Shown here one piece after another: positions 23,911 through 37,497 of a stretch of 64,000 nt of DNA (within the stretch, counting starts at the first letter, position 1; every line of letters starts with the position of its first letter). Under the pieces are notes generated by a model. It saw nothing but the letters and a program-made list of their open reading frames with translations. It made no database searches and was not told the origin of the DNA. Source of the stretch: Anthoceros angustus (taxonomy: Eukaryota; Plantae; Anthocerotophyta). The DNA is taken from positions 1,054,001 to 1,118,000 of the forward strand of contig MU008164.1 in the NCBI GenBank assembly GCA_010909165.1. The letters are read 5' to 3'. A program made the translations under genes and the position numbers.

Positions 23911-26900
23911 ATGGATGCCAAGGACGATGGGGTTCACACTGTTGACTATCCCTTGCACGCAGGCCTGCCCAGGCCACAGCCTTCCCCTTCGTTGCGCCTG
24001 GATTTGTCGGCCGCGACCAAGAGCAGCGGCGAGTCTGGGGCCGGCCATGGGCATGGGCATGTCAGAGGAGTTGCCGACGCAGCCTCGCAGCCACCTCCCA
24101 CGTTCAGTGCCAACGCGTTCCAGCAAGAACTTGTGGAAAAGAAGGCGGAAAGGGACAAGAGGTTGCTGCAGCAGGACAAGGAAACGGCGGAGGCCCGGAG
24201 CATGGCGCAGGCTGGGGAGGACGGCGGCGTGAGAAGGGCAGGGGCAGGGGATGTGGCGGATGTTGCTGCCGTGCCGGATGATGGAGTGCTCGCGCGTGCA
24301 CAGATCGCGCTCAAGCAGCAGTTCCTGGACAGGAAGCAGGAGTTGGTGGACAAGATCTTTGAGCAGGGAAAGTTTCTGCGGAGGGCCAGCAAGCAGAGGG
24401 AGGAGGCGGGTGTGCAGCTGTATGGCATGCAGAAGATCCTGGCCAGCCTGCATGTGTCGCTACACAAGGCCAACGACACCTTCGCGATGACGCAAGCGGC
24501 TCACTCCAAGGTTGGGATCTCGGGGAGGAAGGATGCTATGCCGCTCGGCTTTGACGTCCATCGTGTGACCCTTGCTAAGCTTGGCAGGCTGCAAGCCGGG
24601 TAGCACACATGCAAAAAGTGTATGCCGGAAGACATGCGGAGATGGAGGCTCTGAAGCAGAAAGTGGAGAGGAGCCAGTTGGAAATGGACAAGCTGGGAGC
24701 CACGTTGCAGCAGATCGAGGCCTACAATGAAGAGCTTAAGAGTGAGATTGCAATCAGCCGGCGCGCAACCTATGCAGGAGAGGAGCATGTCGTTAGGGCG
24801 GAGAAGGTGAAGAAGAAGCAGGATATACTCATCACTCAACTGCAGCAACGGCTGAAGCAGGCGAAAAACAGGCTCGCTTTGTGCAAAGCTCAGCTGCTAG
24901 GTCTGTCCCTCTCGGTTTAGTCTTACCGCCGAATCTGCATCCTCGCAATGTACACATCATTGTGTGAGATGGTATCCATCGGGTTGCGTGCTTAGCTGTC
25001 TGTCTTTTCATCCTGATCTGACAACAGCTCAGCAAAGAGAGACCAAGGTTGCCTACGAGGCTTTGACTGAGGCTGGGATTGAGATGGAAAGCATCAACTC
25101 TGAAAAGAAGCAAGTTACCCTGCAATGGAAGTCTTCTTTGGTCGTGCTGGCAAGATGTGATGAAGCTTACCAGGTTGAGGAGGGATGCCTGTTTTCTTGT
25201 TTCAGCAGTGTGCGATGAGTACCTTGCATTGAAGCTGGCCCACTTTGCATATGACCTCCTTGTACCTATGCAGGCGTTGCTGGATTCAATAGCTCAACAG
25301 AAGGAGCAAGAAATAGCCGTTGAAGCTGAGAAGGAAGCATTTTGCAAAGCTATAACTGTTGAGAAGCGAAAGATTGAGCTTCACAATGCTATGTTGGCTA
25401 AGGTGGAGCTGCAGTTGAAGATGTTACTCAAGCAAGTCAAGCGGGTAGTAGATAAGCGACTTGCAATACAGTCGCAGTATGGGAAGTACCTGGTATCGCT
25501 TTCTGATATAGATGCCAATATAGCAACTGTTAAACAGCAGATCACTGCGACCGAGGTGCAGATCAAGGTTGGTGTCAAAACCAGTCTCCTTGGTTACCGT
25601 GAGCATCGATTGACATTTCGTGTTCTCTCATATCACTGATGCTAACAAAAGTGGTTCCTTTTCAGGTGACTGATAAGGCCCTCGAAAAAGAATACTCAGG
25701 TTTTGCTGAGATCGAGGCAGAGATGCTCAAAAGCCTTGGGGAGCAAATCATCCTTGAAAAGTCATCTCAGGCAACAGTTCAGGGAACTTTGATTTTACGA
25801 CAGCGTGTTCGAGCAGAAGACATGGTAGCGACAGAGATTCAGTATGAGCTTGCTCGCATCCGCGTGGACATCCTCACAGTGCAGAACTACAATGAAACTG
25901 TCAAGGAGGCTCTTGTTGCGGTGGATGAGGACGTGAAGTTCAAGTTTTCCCTGATAACCAAGATGCAGTTAGAAATAAGACGGAGACATGGTGAGGTGGA
26001 AATGAAAACCAAAGAGATTGACAGGTTAAATAAGCAGTATGAGAAGTTAACGGCTAACATGGTAGACAAGGACACAACTCCTTGGGAGCATATCATACAT
26101 AAGTTGGGCAGCGAGATAGATGAGAAAGTGAAGGCCTCAAGTGATTTGCAGAAGCAGTGGCTTCTTATCCAGACTGCGCTGGTCTCTATCTCGACCGATA
26201 ATAACCGTTTGACAGAAGAATATCAGCAGAAAGAGGTGGAGAAGATTGTGCTAGTGCACAGGAAACGTCGGCTGGACAATCAATTCAGCATGCTTCTGAA
26301 GAATGTTAAAGACCTCGATAGCGGTGTTCGGTTCAAACATCACGTAATCACAAGGTATGGTGGCAGGCTAAAGCACTTGAAGGACATCTGAAGACCTTGG
26401 ACACGTCTTGAGTGGAAATGCTCCGGTAGTGTTTCAGGTGCTAACTCAAGATGTCGTTAAGTAGTGATAAGGAAATGATTCCCCTGTTTGGTACAGGTTA
26501 AATGACCTGATAGCCAGAAACCAAGAACTGCAAACGGAGCTGGCGACAGAGAATAACCATCTTGAACACAACAATTTCCTAGATCTGAAAGAGCTGGACA
26601 ATGAGATGGTCAAGATGGAGCTGCACATGGCAGATTGCTACAATGAGAAGAGCGATGTGGAAGGGCATGTCTCTGAACTTCAACGTCACATCCAGTTGTG
26701 GAAGTGCAAGATAGCTTATGAGAAAGAGACTCAGGTATTCGGCTTGTTATTTTGCTGTGCCCGTTGGTTCGTGCGGCGCCCCTGACTGAGAGGGTCTGTA
26801 GGTCCTACCGCGTAATGCCAGGATCCTGTCTGCAGGAATGTCTAGACCCTGAAGCTGGGCAGGCTGTTCTTGGGAGAATGAGAAAGGAGTTTGAGCGTTT

Positions 26901-27686
26901 GAAGCTTAGACTCGATGCATTAACAGCTCATCGAGAAAAGTTGATTTGTGGATTGGAAAGCCGTGTTCTCAACCGAAAAGCCATTGCTACCAAGGTCAAG
27001 GTATAAGGAGTGTTCTACCTGCTCGTTTCGGAAGGTGTAGTCTGTGTCGTGCCAACACGCAATTCACTTCCTTACACTGGGCGCCGGCTGCAGGCTATAC
27101 AACAGAAACGGCTCTTGGATGGGACTGCAAACAGCAACGAAGTTGCACTAGTCAAAGCCATCAACGATTTGAAGCGGGGAATTAAAGAAACGTTGAAAAC
27201 CTCTCTTACTCTGGACAATCAACTTGAAGTCCTGGAGGTCTCACGAGTGAATTATGTGAACAAGGCAGAAGAAACCAACATCGACCTGGATGTGTCGATT
27301 AAAGAATTGGAAGAACTAAGGTACAATAAGATCGCAGTGTTTGAAAACTTGGTCTGTTGTATCACTGTCCGTCACTCAGTGATCTCCACATCCATGTTAC
27401 CTGCAGAGGGAAACTAAGGGATGCAAATTACTCGAAATCTGGAGAGTTGATAGCAACGGCTGCCACGCAGCGCTCTGCCAAGCATTACGATGGTGTACTA
27501 AAGGGAAAATGGAAGAAGCCGACAAAGCCTGGTGCTGGACTTGAGGAGCAGTTATCTGAATCGCAGAAGACACTGGATGTTTTACTCAAAATGGTACTTG
27601 CCTTTGTCCATGAATTGCCGGACCTCCAGGCTAAATTTGAGAGCACCATTGTACAGATAGAGTTAGCTAGCGGATACCGTAGTTAG
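23911..27686 (+). CDS. CCDC40: Coiled-coil domain-containing protein 40 (axonemal 96-nm ruler, FAP172), multi-exon
   Basis: REEAGVQLYGMQKILASL, IAISRRATYAGEE...KKKQDILI and ELARIRVDIL resemble CCDC40 segments. Coiled-coil exons are separated by short GT-AG introns. The start codon is uncertain. Confidence 0.8.
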
Positions 27687-29286
27687 GTGGGACCACTTCA
27701 GGCTTGGGGGAACTTGCGGACATTCCATCACTTGAAGACTCTTCAATGTCACTGCCCTTCAAGCGGGTAGAGAGGTTCTGACTTCTTATCTGGGCCCGCT
27801 GAGGTTGAAGGTGGGAGGGAAAGGGCTCCCTCCTGCTGCTGACACCACGGCCTCTCAGATGTCTCGACAGGTTTCCAGCTTTCCCTTCTCCAGGCATATG
27901 TGACATCCAGCTTGCCCTTCTCCAGGCAAATGATGTCACAGAAGGGGCTTATTGGCTGTTGCCGGACTTCTTTGTTACTGTGCTCCTCCTGTTTGAGGAC
28001 ATGTTTTGCTGGTCTATTTCAGGAAGCTCCCGGAACTGAAAAGTCTGATTTTCTAGGGGGGATTCATTTTTTTCCATGTAAGGAATCTATTAATAAGGCA
28101 TAAAGCTTTTTTCAAAAAGATAGCTTTTTCGTTCCTGTCGCACAGAACGTTGACTATTTACCCAATCTACAAGATGAAACATCCGTGGATGATTGGTCTG
28201 TCCCTGGTGACAAGTTGCTATAAGGATGTTACTGTCGGCACACACCAAGAACACTGCAGACGAAGGCTATAACCGTAGGCAGAGAGGATCGGGAAGAGCT
28301 TTGAAGAAGGGAGTCTCGCTGATTCCTTTGATCTGGAACACTGCCGAAAAAGCACTGAAAACAACCAGAGAGGATCGGGAAGCAAGGTTTTGGAAGTCAG
28401 AGAGTCTGCAATGAGCCGTTTCTCTGTCCACGGCGAGTGTCCAATGAGCCCTCTCCCTAGCCTGGGTTTGGAGGTCACGGGGAATGTACAAAAAGCCCAG
28501 TTTCTGCCCTCGTAGGAACATCGGGCCTGATTGCCACAGCCCTGGACCTGGACACTTCGGTTAGTTAGGTCACATTAGAAACAACAGGTGGCAAAAGTAA
28601 ATCACAGATATTAGATCAGAGCTATAGAGGGCCAGGGCCCTTAGCCCGGCACTGAGTCGGCCCCTTACGATACTGTTCCTCTAGTAAAAATCTCGCTCTT
28701 CTGGTAAAGATATCGAGTACCCGTAATGCCGACAGCTGCTCACATCTCCAGGTGTCAAGTCAAGCTTTTTAAAATATCCCGGCTCAGCGAGTCAGTCCTG
28801 CCTAATCTAGGAACGCAGTTGAGGTTACCTTGCATCAGCTCCGTTGACAAAACCTGCCTGCCTCCCTGACAGTTCCATGGAGCTGGTTGTCCAACACCGA
28901 CATTTCTTCGTTAAAAGGTTGATGAAGAAGGGCTGAGCCCTCCCCCCTTCAGGGTTCACAGACTGGGACAGAAGAGGTGTCCATGAACAGAGCTGCCCCT
29001 GCTGGGATGGAAAACTTTAACTTTGACAGCTTCGCCGCCTCAGCAGGATCCCGTTCAACTCGGCTCGCTTGCAATCGTCCATTCCCTGCACTCGCTCCAT
29101 TTCCCAAGGTTTATCGTCAGAATTTTTCTCCTACATTTTTCAATAAGAAAGTATTGGTGTAGCAGAAATCCCTAGGAGAGGAGACAACATGCCTGCTTGA
29201 AAATCCACCGCAAACAAGAGAGCTTTCCTTCGTACGGATCCGCTTCGCACACATCCTTCAGAGAAGATTGCAATACGCACGCTTTT

Positions 29287-30573
29287 TCACCGGCGATACA
29301 ACCCCGAGCCTTGCAACATCTTGCTGTAATCCGCCAAGACAGGTGACTTCTTCACCAAATCCCAGATCCGGGCAGCATTTCTTAGCCAGTCTCGCTCGCT
29401 CATGATTCTGGCAAACGATCGTCTTGGCATAGACAGCACCTACAAAGCATGAGTCAGATAACAATGCAAACATCTATCCCGTGAAAAAGAAGAATTTCAC
29501 TGAAGCCATACCCGATCTCGGAACTGCCACATCATGGATGAGAAGCTTTCGTACTGCTTCCTGGTAGAATCTTCACCTCCCTTGAGAGGGAGCACAAAGA
29601 AATTAACTCCGCCAGCCGGCACCGGCCGGCCTGCACTCGACATATCATCATCCTGCAGAGCTGCCTTGGAGTGCCTACCATGATTCAACACGGGAAACTG
29701 CGGAGCAATGTAGCTCACCGCTCCGTTCTTTCTAAACGCTGGCAGCGAAAACAGCTTGCACAGCGTCGTCTCCAATCGCCGAATTTCAGGCAGCGAGACC
29801 TCGCCATCCCTCAACTTCGAATGCACAAAAACCGTGTCCGCGAAATAGTCCGCACCTTCATCTTGCACACCATCAGCACTCTCAGGCTCCGCAGCCCCCG
29901 CAGGAAGCGAAGGATCCGGAACCCCCTGCTTCAGCATCTCCACCGTTTGCATAAGGCGCAACAACCTGACGTCCTGCAGCCCCTCCGTCACCAGCAGCAC
30001 CACATGGCAAACCGAGCAAAGAAACATCCCGAGCTGCAGCCCCATGAGCTCCAGCGCAAGCTCCCCGGACACAGTCTCTCCCGGTAGCACGGGCACAGCT
30101 GACGATCCGTCCGGCCGCATCAGATCCGCCAGCACGGATGCCGAGAACAGCGGCTGCGTGTCCAGCAAGATGAGCCGCTCCACAGACACCCGCAGCTCCA
30201 TCCCCATGCTGCAGTGCCTGGCCGTGGCTTGATTCTCCTCCGACTGCACTGCAAACGGCGGCAAAACGGAGGCAGGCGCCGTGGCGTCGAATCCGTAGAG
30301 CTGGTTCATGATGGTCGACTTCCCCACTCCCGGCGCTCCCAGCACTCCGATCACCGTGAAATCGGTGTTGTCGGACACGAGCGACATCGATCGCTCCGGC
30401 ACGAACTCCCACGCATCAGAGAGCAGATTGAGCGAACCATGCGGCAACCGTGCGCGAGCTGCTCCATCCTCCTCCCTTTCTCGCATCAGCTTCAAGCCCC
30501 CCTCGGCGCGCGGGGCGGCCGGCTTTGCCAGCAGGATCTTCGGCCCTCCACCGCCTCCCGCCATCGCCACCAT
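29287..30573 (-). CDS. SMG9: Nonsense-mediated decay factor SMG9 (2 exons)
   Basis: PKILLAKP N-terminus, P-loop VIGVLGAPGVGKSTIMN and ERLILLDTQPLFSASVL. The second exon VLSMPRRSF...SERDWLRNAARIWDLVKKSP ends at a TGA at 29287-29289. Confidence 0.9.
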
Positions 30574-30796
30574 CGCCGAGCTCACAGCAAAGCGTCCTGA
30601 AGGCTGTCCGCTAAACTAAAAGCTCCCTGAAGGATAAGAAAATTTTCCCTCTTCGTCTAGGGTTTCATTATTAACTCAAATCGGACGACTCCAGAAAAAA
30701 TTGTTTACACTCCTTCATACGTGAAGTTTCGTACTTGAAGTTACTCCTTGCCCGTTGGTCCGCCATAGCGAGCCCTGGACGTGAGATCCTGCAACC
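30574..30796. promoter_or_regulatory. Divergent promoter region between SMG9 and RPN10 with a telo-box
   Basis: Head-to-head ATGs 223 bp apart; TAGGGTTT at 30658-30665. Confidence 0.6.
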
Positions 30797-33017
30797 ATGG
30801 TGCAAGAGGTGAGTTTCTGCCATCGCTCAGTTGCTCCGGCAAAGAGATGCGACTTGTCAACCTGCGGATTTTGCAGGTTTACATGTTTCATCTGTTTGGC
30901 GAGCTCAATCAGGGTTTCAAAAATCTCAGCGGGTAGCGGATGCTCGATGCCGGATGCTAGAAGTTTAAACGACTATCGCGTTGATGAATTGTGCAGGCAA
31001 CTGTGATTTGCATTGATAACTCGGAGTGGATGCGAAATGGTGACTACTCGCCGACACGGTTTCAGGCCCAAGCTGAAGCAGTCAACCTTATTTGTGGTGC
31101 CAAGACACAGGTGAGTGTCTGGCTTCTAGGGTTTGCCAATTTGTTGCAATCCTCTTTGTGTGAGTTTTTGAGTGATGATGATTTCAGGTTGCGGGGGAGT
31201 TGATGCTCTCTGAAAATGGCTCGTTTGTCTTGACAGTCCAACCCGGAGAATACGGTTGGGATTCTGACAATGGCAGGGAAGGGAGTAAGGGTGCTTGTGA
31301 ACCTAACCACGGATCTCGGGAAGATATTGGCTTGCATGCATGGTAAGGAAACAGATTAGTGTAGGGATTTCGCTGCCTGTTCGTAGGGTGCAGCATCACT
31401 CACGGACCACAGTTGAATTTGCAGGTCTTGAGGTTGGGGGGGAGATGAACCTGACATCCGGGGTCCAAGTTGCCCAGCTGGCTTTGAAGCATCGTCAGAA
31501 CAAGCATCAGCGCCAACGAATAATTGTTTTCGCTGGCAGGTAAAGCCACTAACCTGTTCAGTTCTTTGGCTTGTTTGTTTGCTGTTTCTCTGTTTTTCCA
31601 AAAGCATGTTGTGAATGTTGGCTTTCTCTGCAGCCCTATTGCCTCAGACAAGAAAACTCTGGAGAGTATTGGGAAAAGGTTGAAGAAGAACAATGTTGCC
31701 TTGGACATTGTTGATTTTGGGGAGGAGGAAGGTGGTAAGGCAGAGAAGCTGGATGCTTTGTTGACTTCCGTTAACAGTAACGACAACAGCCATATAGTGC
31801 ACGTGGAACCTGGACCAAATATTCTCTCGGATGTGCTCATCAGGTACCTCGGCCTTCGCTACCTCGGACCTGTTTTGATAGAAAGGTGCAGGCTTGGCTC
31901 AGATGAGCATGTTATTGAAAGATGTGTGCCATATGGCAGTACTCCAATCTTCACGGGCGACGGAGAGGGTGGTAGTGGCTTCGCAGCTGCTGCAGCAGCC
32001 GGTGCAGCAGCAGCAGCTGCAGCTGCTGGTGGAGGTGGTGCATTTGAATTTGGAGTGGATCCAAACCTGGATCCAGAGCTTGCTCTGGCACTCAGAGTCT
32101 CCATGGAGGAGGAGCGCGCAAGGCAAGAGGCAGCTGCTAGAAGAGCAGCTGAAGATTCGTCAACGAAAGCTGCACCTGGAGAAGGCTCTGGCACCGCTGC
32201 AGATGTTCGTGTGACTGAAGCCAGCTCAGGTGGTGGAGCTCCAGACCGGGGACCCGATCTCATGGTAAGCCGAACGTTGCCTATCCAACTCCTAGTGGAG
32301 TGCTCGTCATAGTTCAATCACTGCCGTGCTAACCCGTCACCACATTCCTACCCTGGCAGGACGATGACACAGCCCTGGAACAGGCCTTGAGCATGTCCAT
32401 GGCAGAGGCAGGGTCTGGATTGACAACCACAGGTCCTGCTCCATCAGGAGATCTGCCCATGCTAGATGCCAGCGTCGAGGATCCAGATCTCGCATTGGGT
32501 AAGCCACTCACCCATTTCTTAGCATCCACCACTACCTCATGCACTGGGGATGGTTTCACGATCTTCTCCATTGTCTGACTGTAAAACCCACGTCTGTCCA
32601 GCCCTTCAACTCTCGATGCAAGAAGGGGCTGCTCCATCCCAAGTGAGTCAAGTCCTTGGTGACCGTGGCTTCATGTCCTCCATTCTAGCTACGGTAAGCA
32701 AATTCAACTCACCTCTTACCCCTCACTCTTTCCCACGCTTGTCTTTCCCTTCACACTGTTCTTACCCTCTCCTACCTGTGTTGCAGCTACCGGGGGTGGA
32801 CCCGAACGACCCCTCAGTACGGGACGTCCTCGCATCACTTCAACAGCAAGGAGAGGTACAAACTCACCATCGCGCCCTTCCACACGACTCCCCTGTCTGA
32901 AGTGTTGGGATCGTGAAGGACTCTCTGCTCTTTTCCCATTAATATCTCACCACTCTCACTCCTCTGCAGGATCCCAAGAAGGACGAGCCTGGCAACAACA
33001 ACAACAGCAACAAATGA
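30797..33017 (+). CDS. RPN10: 26S proteasome non-ATPase regulatory subunit 4 (vWA plus UIMs), multi-exon
   Basis: MVQE|ATVICIDNSEWMRNGDY, QVAQLALKHRQNK, FGVDPNLDPELALALRVSMEEERARQE and LPGVDPNDPSV. Confidence 0.97.
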
Positions 33018-33739
33018 GGTGCCATCGCTGATGTCACTTCGAAGTGCCCACTCCCCCTGGACGCGCGTGCCTCCCGGAGTTGCTGCCAGCGCTCTCTCTC
33101 CCTGTGCCAAGTGGGTGATGGGGTCCAGTCTTCTTAGCTTTTGGCTACAGTCTTTCAGTCGACTCTAGTTATCGCATTGCCCAGTCATTGGCTCACCTCG
33201 AACTCCAGTCCTATTTGCACTTTCATATACCAGCTGGTATTTACCGTCTAATTGAAAACTTAGTCGAGTCACCTCCGGCCCTTCTTCTCCGGGGCCATTA
33301 TGATTAGTATTCTCCCTCGTGCCCGTATCTGCACAATGATCTACAGAATCTCCACGTCGCCCACGCCTCAACTACTTCTCCGGGTGTCGCCGTCAGCATT
33401 GCCCATCCAGTGCCGACGCATCCCACCTCGCGCCCGGGCCGGGCGTGCCATGGGACCTCGTGGCTCCCCGTGTACGCGCGCCCACCTTTCCGCGTCAGCT
33501 GGGTTAGCCTTAACCAGGAGCCCCCGGCTATCCGTGTCGCCGGATAGGCTAGCCTACCGGATAGGACAGGACATTTTTCTATCCCACCCGTTTGCCCCGA
33601 GAGTGCTTTTCCACTATGGTGGGTAAAGCCATTCCCGAGATGTCACGTTCTCGGGGCCATAGAGATGGATTCTTTCCTTTCACGAGCGCCAATATACATA
33701 GCTCAATGGCGTTTCATTTAGGGTTGATTTATTTTTGAC

Positions 33740-34090
33740 ACGATTATTGCAAATGTGGATGTCGCTATCCTGGGTGGTGGCTTTCTATCGGAAACGTTTG
33801 TCCATCGCCCTACAGAGGGCGGTGGCAAACACAAGTTTTTGTTGCAAATGTGGATGTCCCTATCCTATGTGGCGGCTTTCTATCGCCAATGTTTGTCCAT
33901 CGCCCTTCAGAGGGCGGTGACAAAGGATAATCTTAACTACGGGAGACACAGCATCTTCAGCTCCCGTGGTGGAGAGGCCCTTTCTTATGCTAGACTATGA
34001 CATCTTGGGGGCAATAGGTAGTTCGAGGATAAACAATCGTGAGACCTCCTTGGCCTAGGGCGCTTTAGTGGGTTCTTCCCCACTCGCTCA
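33740..34090 (+). mobile_element. Decayed 3' fragment of a CRE-like non-LTR element
   Basis: Two tandem copies of FYR.RLSIALQRAV, resembling YFRQRVAIALQRAL in the 7233-11325 element. Confidence 0.55.
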
Positions 34091-35139
34091 GTGCATATGG
34101 GACTTCCCATCTCAGCATATCTATGAAGTCTCCAAGGTAAAGCCATCCCATTGTCTTATTAGATCCCCATGTTCTCTAAAACAGTGATATACAAAGCTCA
34201 TATGCTTATTACGTGCCCTTGTTGGGCTTATAACATTTAAGAGTAATAGGTACTTATTGAATACTTACTATTAAAAGAACTTCTAAGGTCTATCTCATTC
34301 CATAAAAACTTACACGCCCCACGAAACAGTGGGCATGAGCTAGCAACATTAATTACTGTTATTAGTGGATTGTATTCCTTAATATGCTTTAGATGAAGCT
34401 GATGAAATATATAATTGATAAAATTGGTTAAAATTTTATATTAAACTTGCAAGATTAAACTTGTGAGACTCTGTGTGTAAGACCTTCTCACACTGTTAGC
34501 AAACCAATTCCAAGGGGTTATATAGTTGTTGCTACTGAAGAAAACAATGTGGATTTGAAAAATTTCAAGGGGGGGTGTGTTGTCATGCAAAAGTGGATTT
34601 TGGGATTGTGTGATTTTGTGCTGAAGGCAAGTGGAAGGAATGTGGTGGTTGCATCAGAGAGGTTGAGAGCGAGATATTAGGTTTGGAGTTGGCCTAGTGG
34701 ACTAAGCGCCCGATCGAACGAGCTGTTTGCACACGAAAGGCGGATAAAGTGGAGGCTGCCTAGGTAAATTTGGCTAAGTATCCTTTCCCAGCAACCGACA
34801 GGCCAGATTCCCCCATCCAGCGCGTCAGCACGGATTGCAACACGGTCCCACCTCCGGGGAGCCCTGACCCGGGTTAGACCCCGGTTGAGTCAGTATATAT
34901 TTGCGGAGGGCGTGCCAGACTGCAAGTGCTCTCTTCCTCCTCGACTCGTGACTCGACGGCGCTGATCGCTTGAGCTTATCCGCTCCTCTCAGAGTGTTTG
35001 TGCGGGACGGGTGTAGTGATTTGTGTGTCTCGGGGAGGGAGCAATCGATTCGCACTACAGTCGCGTGGAGCTTGGGATTTGGCGGTGGCGGAGTGCTTGC
35101 GTCCCGGCTATCGAGCTGCATTTGGCCTAGTCCGACAGG

Positions 35140-36146
35140 ATGGGACTTCTGGACAAGCTCTGGGACGATATCGTGGCCGGGCCTCAGCCTGAGAAGGGCC
35201 TGGGACGGCTGCGGAAGGAGAACTCGATGCGGCATGCCCCGTCGGAAGGCGCAGGTCTGGCTTCGGCTCTTGTTTTGGTTTTTGCTGCAGTCTTGCTTGC
35301 GCGGAGAGGTTCTTGCGGGGTTTGGCGTGGTGTGGGGGAGAATTGGCGCTCTTCTGGTGGTTTTCGAGAGTGATTTGGACGTGTTTTGGTGTGGAACGGG
35401 ACGGGAGCTGACGGAAGGTGTTGTGAGTGCAGAATTGGACGAGACCTCCGGGAGGATGATGGATCGCCGGCGTAGTGGAGACTTTCAGTACCAGCAGGAC
35501 GAGGCCCGGCGCGTGAGTCAGAGCATTGCGATCGCTAAGCCTCCTATGCTGCAGACCCCTTCGCATGAGGAGGGAAGCGGATCTCTTCCTTCTACTCCGG
35601 TGGCGCAGAGTCCTGTCTCGTCTTGGCCGTCTCCAAGTAAGCATCGTGTCTGAACCTGCGTGTCGGAAAGGAGCAAGGCTGGAGAGAAAGGCTTCTTACG
35701 TGGTGGCCTTCTGTCTTGTGCTTGTAAGCAGGTCCGAGGGAAAGGGAGAACATCTGGCGGAGCGTCTTCCATCCTGGAAGCAACAAGGCTATGGATCGGG
35801 TGGGATCTGCAAAGTTCGACAAACACTCGCCGAACTCTCCCACGGTGTATGACTGGTAAGTGCGCTTACCTCTTGTTTGCGCGGCTTGTGTCCCTTCTCA
35901 GTCTCTCCTTCCTCCTGCTCCAAGGTGAGGTGTATGATTGAGTGAGTTAGTGAGCGATTGAGCCTGGCAACCGTGTTTTGGGACTGGGGAAACAGTTGAG
36001 TTGTAACGTGAGCGTGAGGTATCAGCTTTGGAAGTCTCTTTTCGAAAGCTGCTACTTGAACCCGAAACAATCACCTTGCTAAACCTTTAGGTGCGACCAT
36101 TGCTGGACTGCATTGCAGGGTAGTGATCAGTGCCCTGGACAAGTAA
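35140..36146 (+). CDS. Dormancy/auxin-associated protein (DRM1/ARP family), multi-exon
   Basis: MGLLDKLWDDIVAGPQPEKGLGRLRK, NIWRSVFHPGSN, SPTVYDW|VVISALDK*. Confidence 0.93.
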
Positions 36147-37497
36147 AGGAGAAAGCAGGCCGCTGTGAGCGGCGATCCCATTGTGCCCGTTTGGCGGGCA
36201 GCTGGTCCTTGTCTGTGTGGCTCTTGGTGCCCTCAGTACGGTGCCAGCGGCGGGGAGGGGAGGGAGGGTTGGGGAGGGATTAAGGATGTCTTGAGTGTCT
36301 CGGTTTAGATTTAAGGATGTCTAGTAATGTGGCCTATTTCTCGTGGCATGCCCGACATGCGTGGTGCAGGCTTTACAGTGGGGATACAAAGTCTAAGTGG
36401 CGCTAAGAAAGCACGCATCCGTGAATGTATCAATTCTTCTTTTTTCATGCTCGGGGAAGAGGAGGGATGTGAGGATTTGGTTGTAGCGGGTGTGCGCAAG
36501 CGCACCTCCTTGTGTGCATGCGTTGGAGGGGAAGATAGATCAAGCCCGTCCATGGAAATCGGCGGTGTGGGAGCAGCTCGTCGGGAGGTCCAGTCTTCAT
36601 CAACAACACCGCAGTCACTGTCTCTGTGTTCAAGGCGGTGTCGGGATCTGGAGGCAAGTTTGTAACTCTCCCAAGCCTGTACAGTGCGGAGGGTTACAAC
36701 AGTGTTCGGATGTACAGTTTTGTATATTAGGCCTGCTAGAGGTTTCCAGCAGCGGATGCCATTTCAGAGTGTTTTTCATCTCTATAGAGCTAGTCTCCTT
36801 TCGATGGAAGCTTCGCTTCACTTTGCTCTGTGTATCATAAATAAGGCGTGGGAGTGTTCCCCCATGCTCGAAGCAACATGTTTTTTTCGCATCGGCACAG
36901 TCTTGTCATCTTCAATCCTGTGAATCTCACCTAACATGATCTAGGTAGTTGCTAGGTATTGCGGAGCATGCAACAGTAAACTCGGGAGTGCAATCGCCAG
37001 TGTTCGTCATCTCGGATGCATGCCCGATTATAGACTACAACATAGAAGGGGGAACAGGACAAGCCTGAGTTGTCCATTTCAAGTGGACTGATACTGAAGA
37101 GGGTACAACCGGCATGCAGGCCCTTTCCACTTGTACGCCGCCGCTGCGTCAGCCTCAGAGGCATCTTCTCAGAACTTGTCCTGTCTTGCCAAAAACTCTG
37201 CTCCGTTGCGCGCTCGCTGGACTCCAGGCACCTTCGCTGCGCGATTTTTGGACGCCAGGTGCAAATTCTCCTGTTTCTACAATTTGGATTTCAAGAAGCT
37301 AGTCTGCTGTTTGCGAGCGCTCGAATTCTGCTTCCCCGCTGCTTTCACGCTAATTCTGCAGCTCAGGGTGACTCTGGCTTTCGAGGAATTCGAAACAGAC
37401 AGACGGGACTGAGCGATGACACTTCCCTGCAGGGTGAGCAAGCTTAATTGCTGATGTTCTCAACTGCCAACTGACCAGATAGCTGTGTCTGGAAGCT

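Noticed and set aside
34685-34712. tggcctagtggactaagcgcc, a tRNA D-arm/A-box look-alike
   Set aside because: No T-arm (GTTCRA) or acceptor stem follows.
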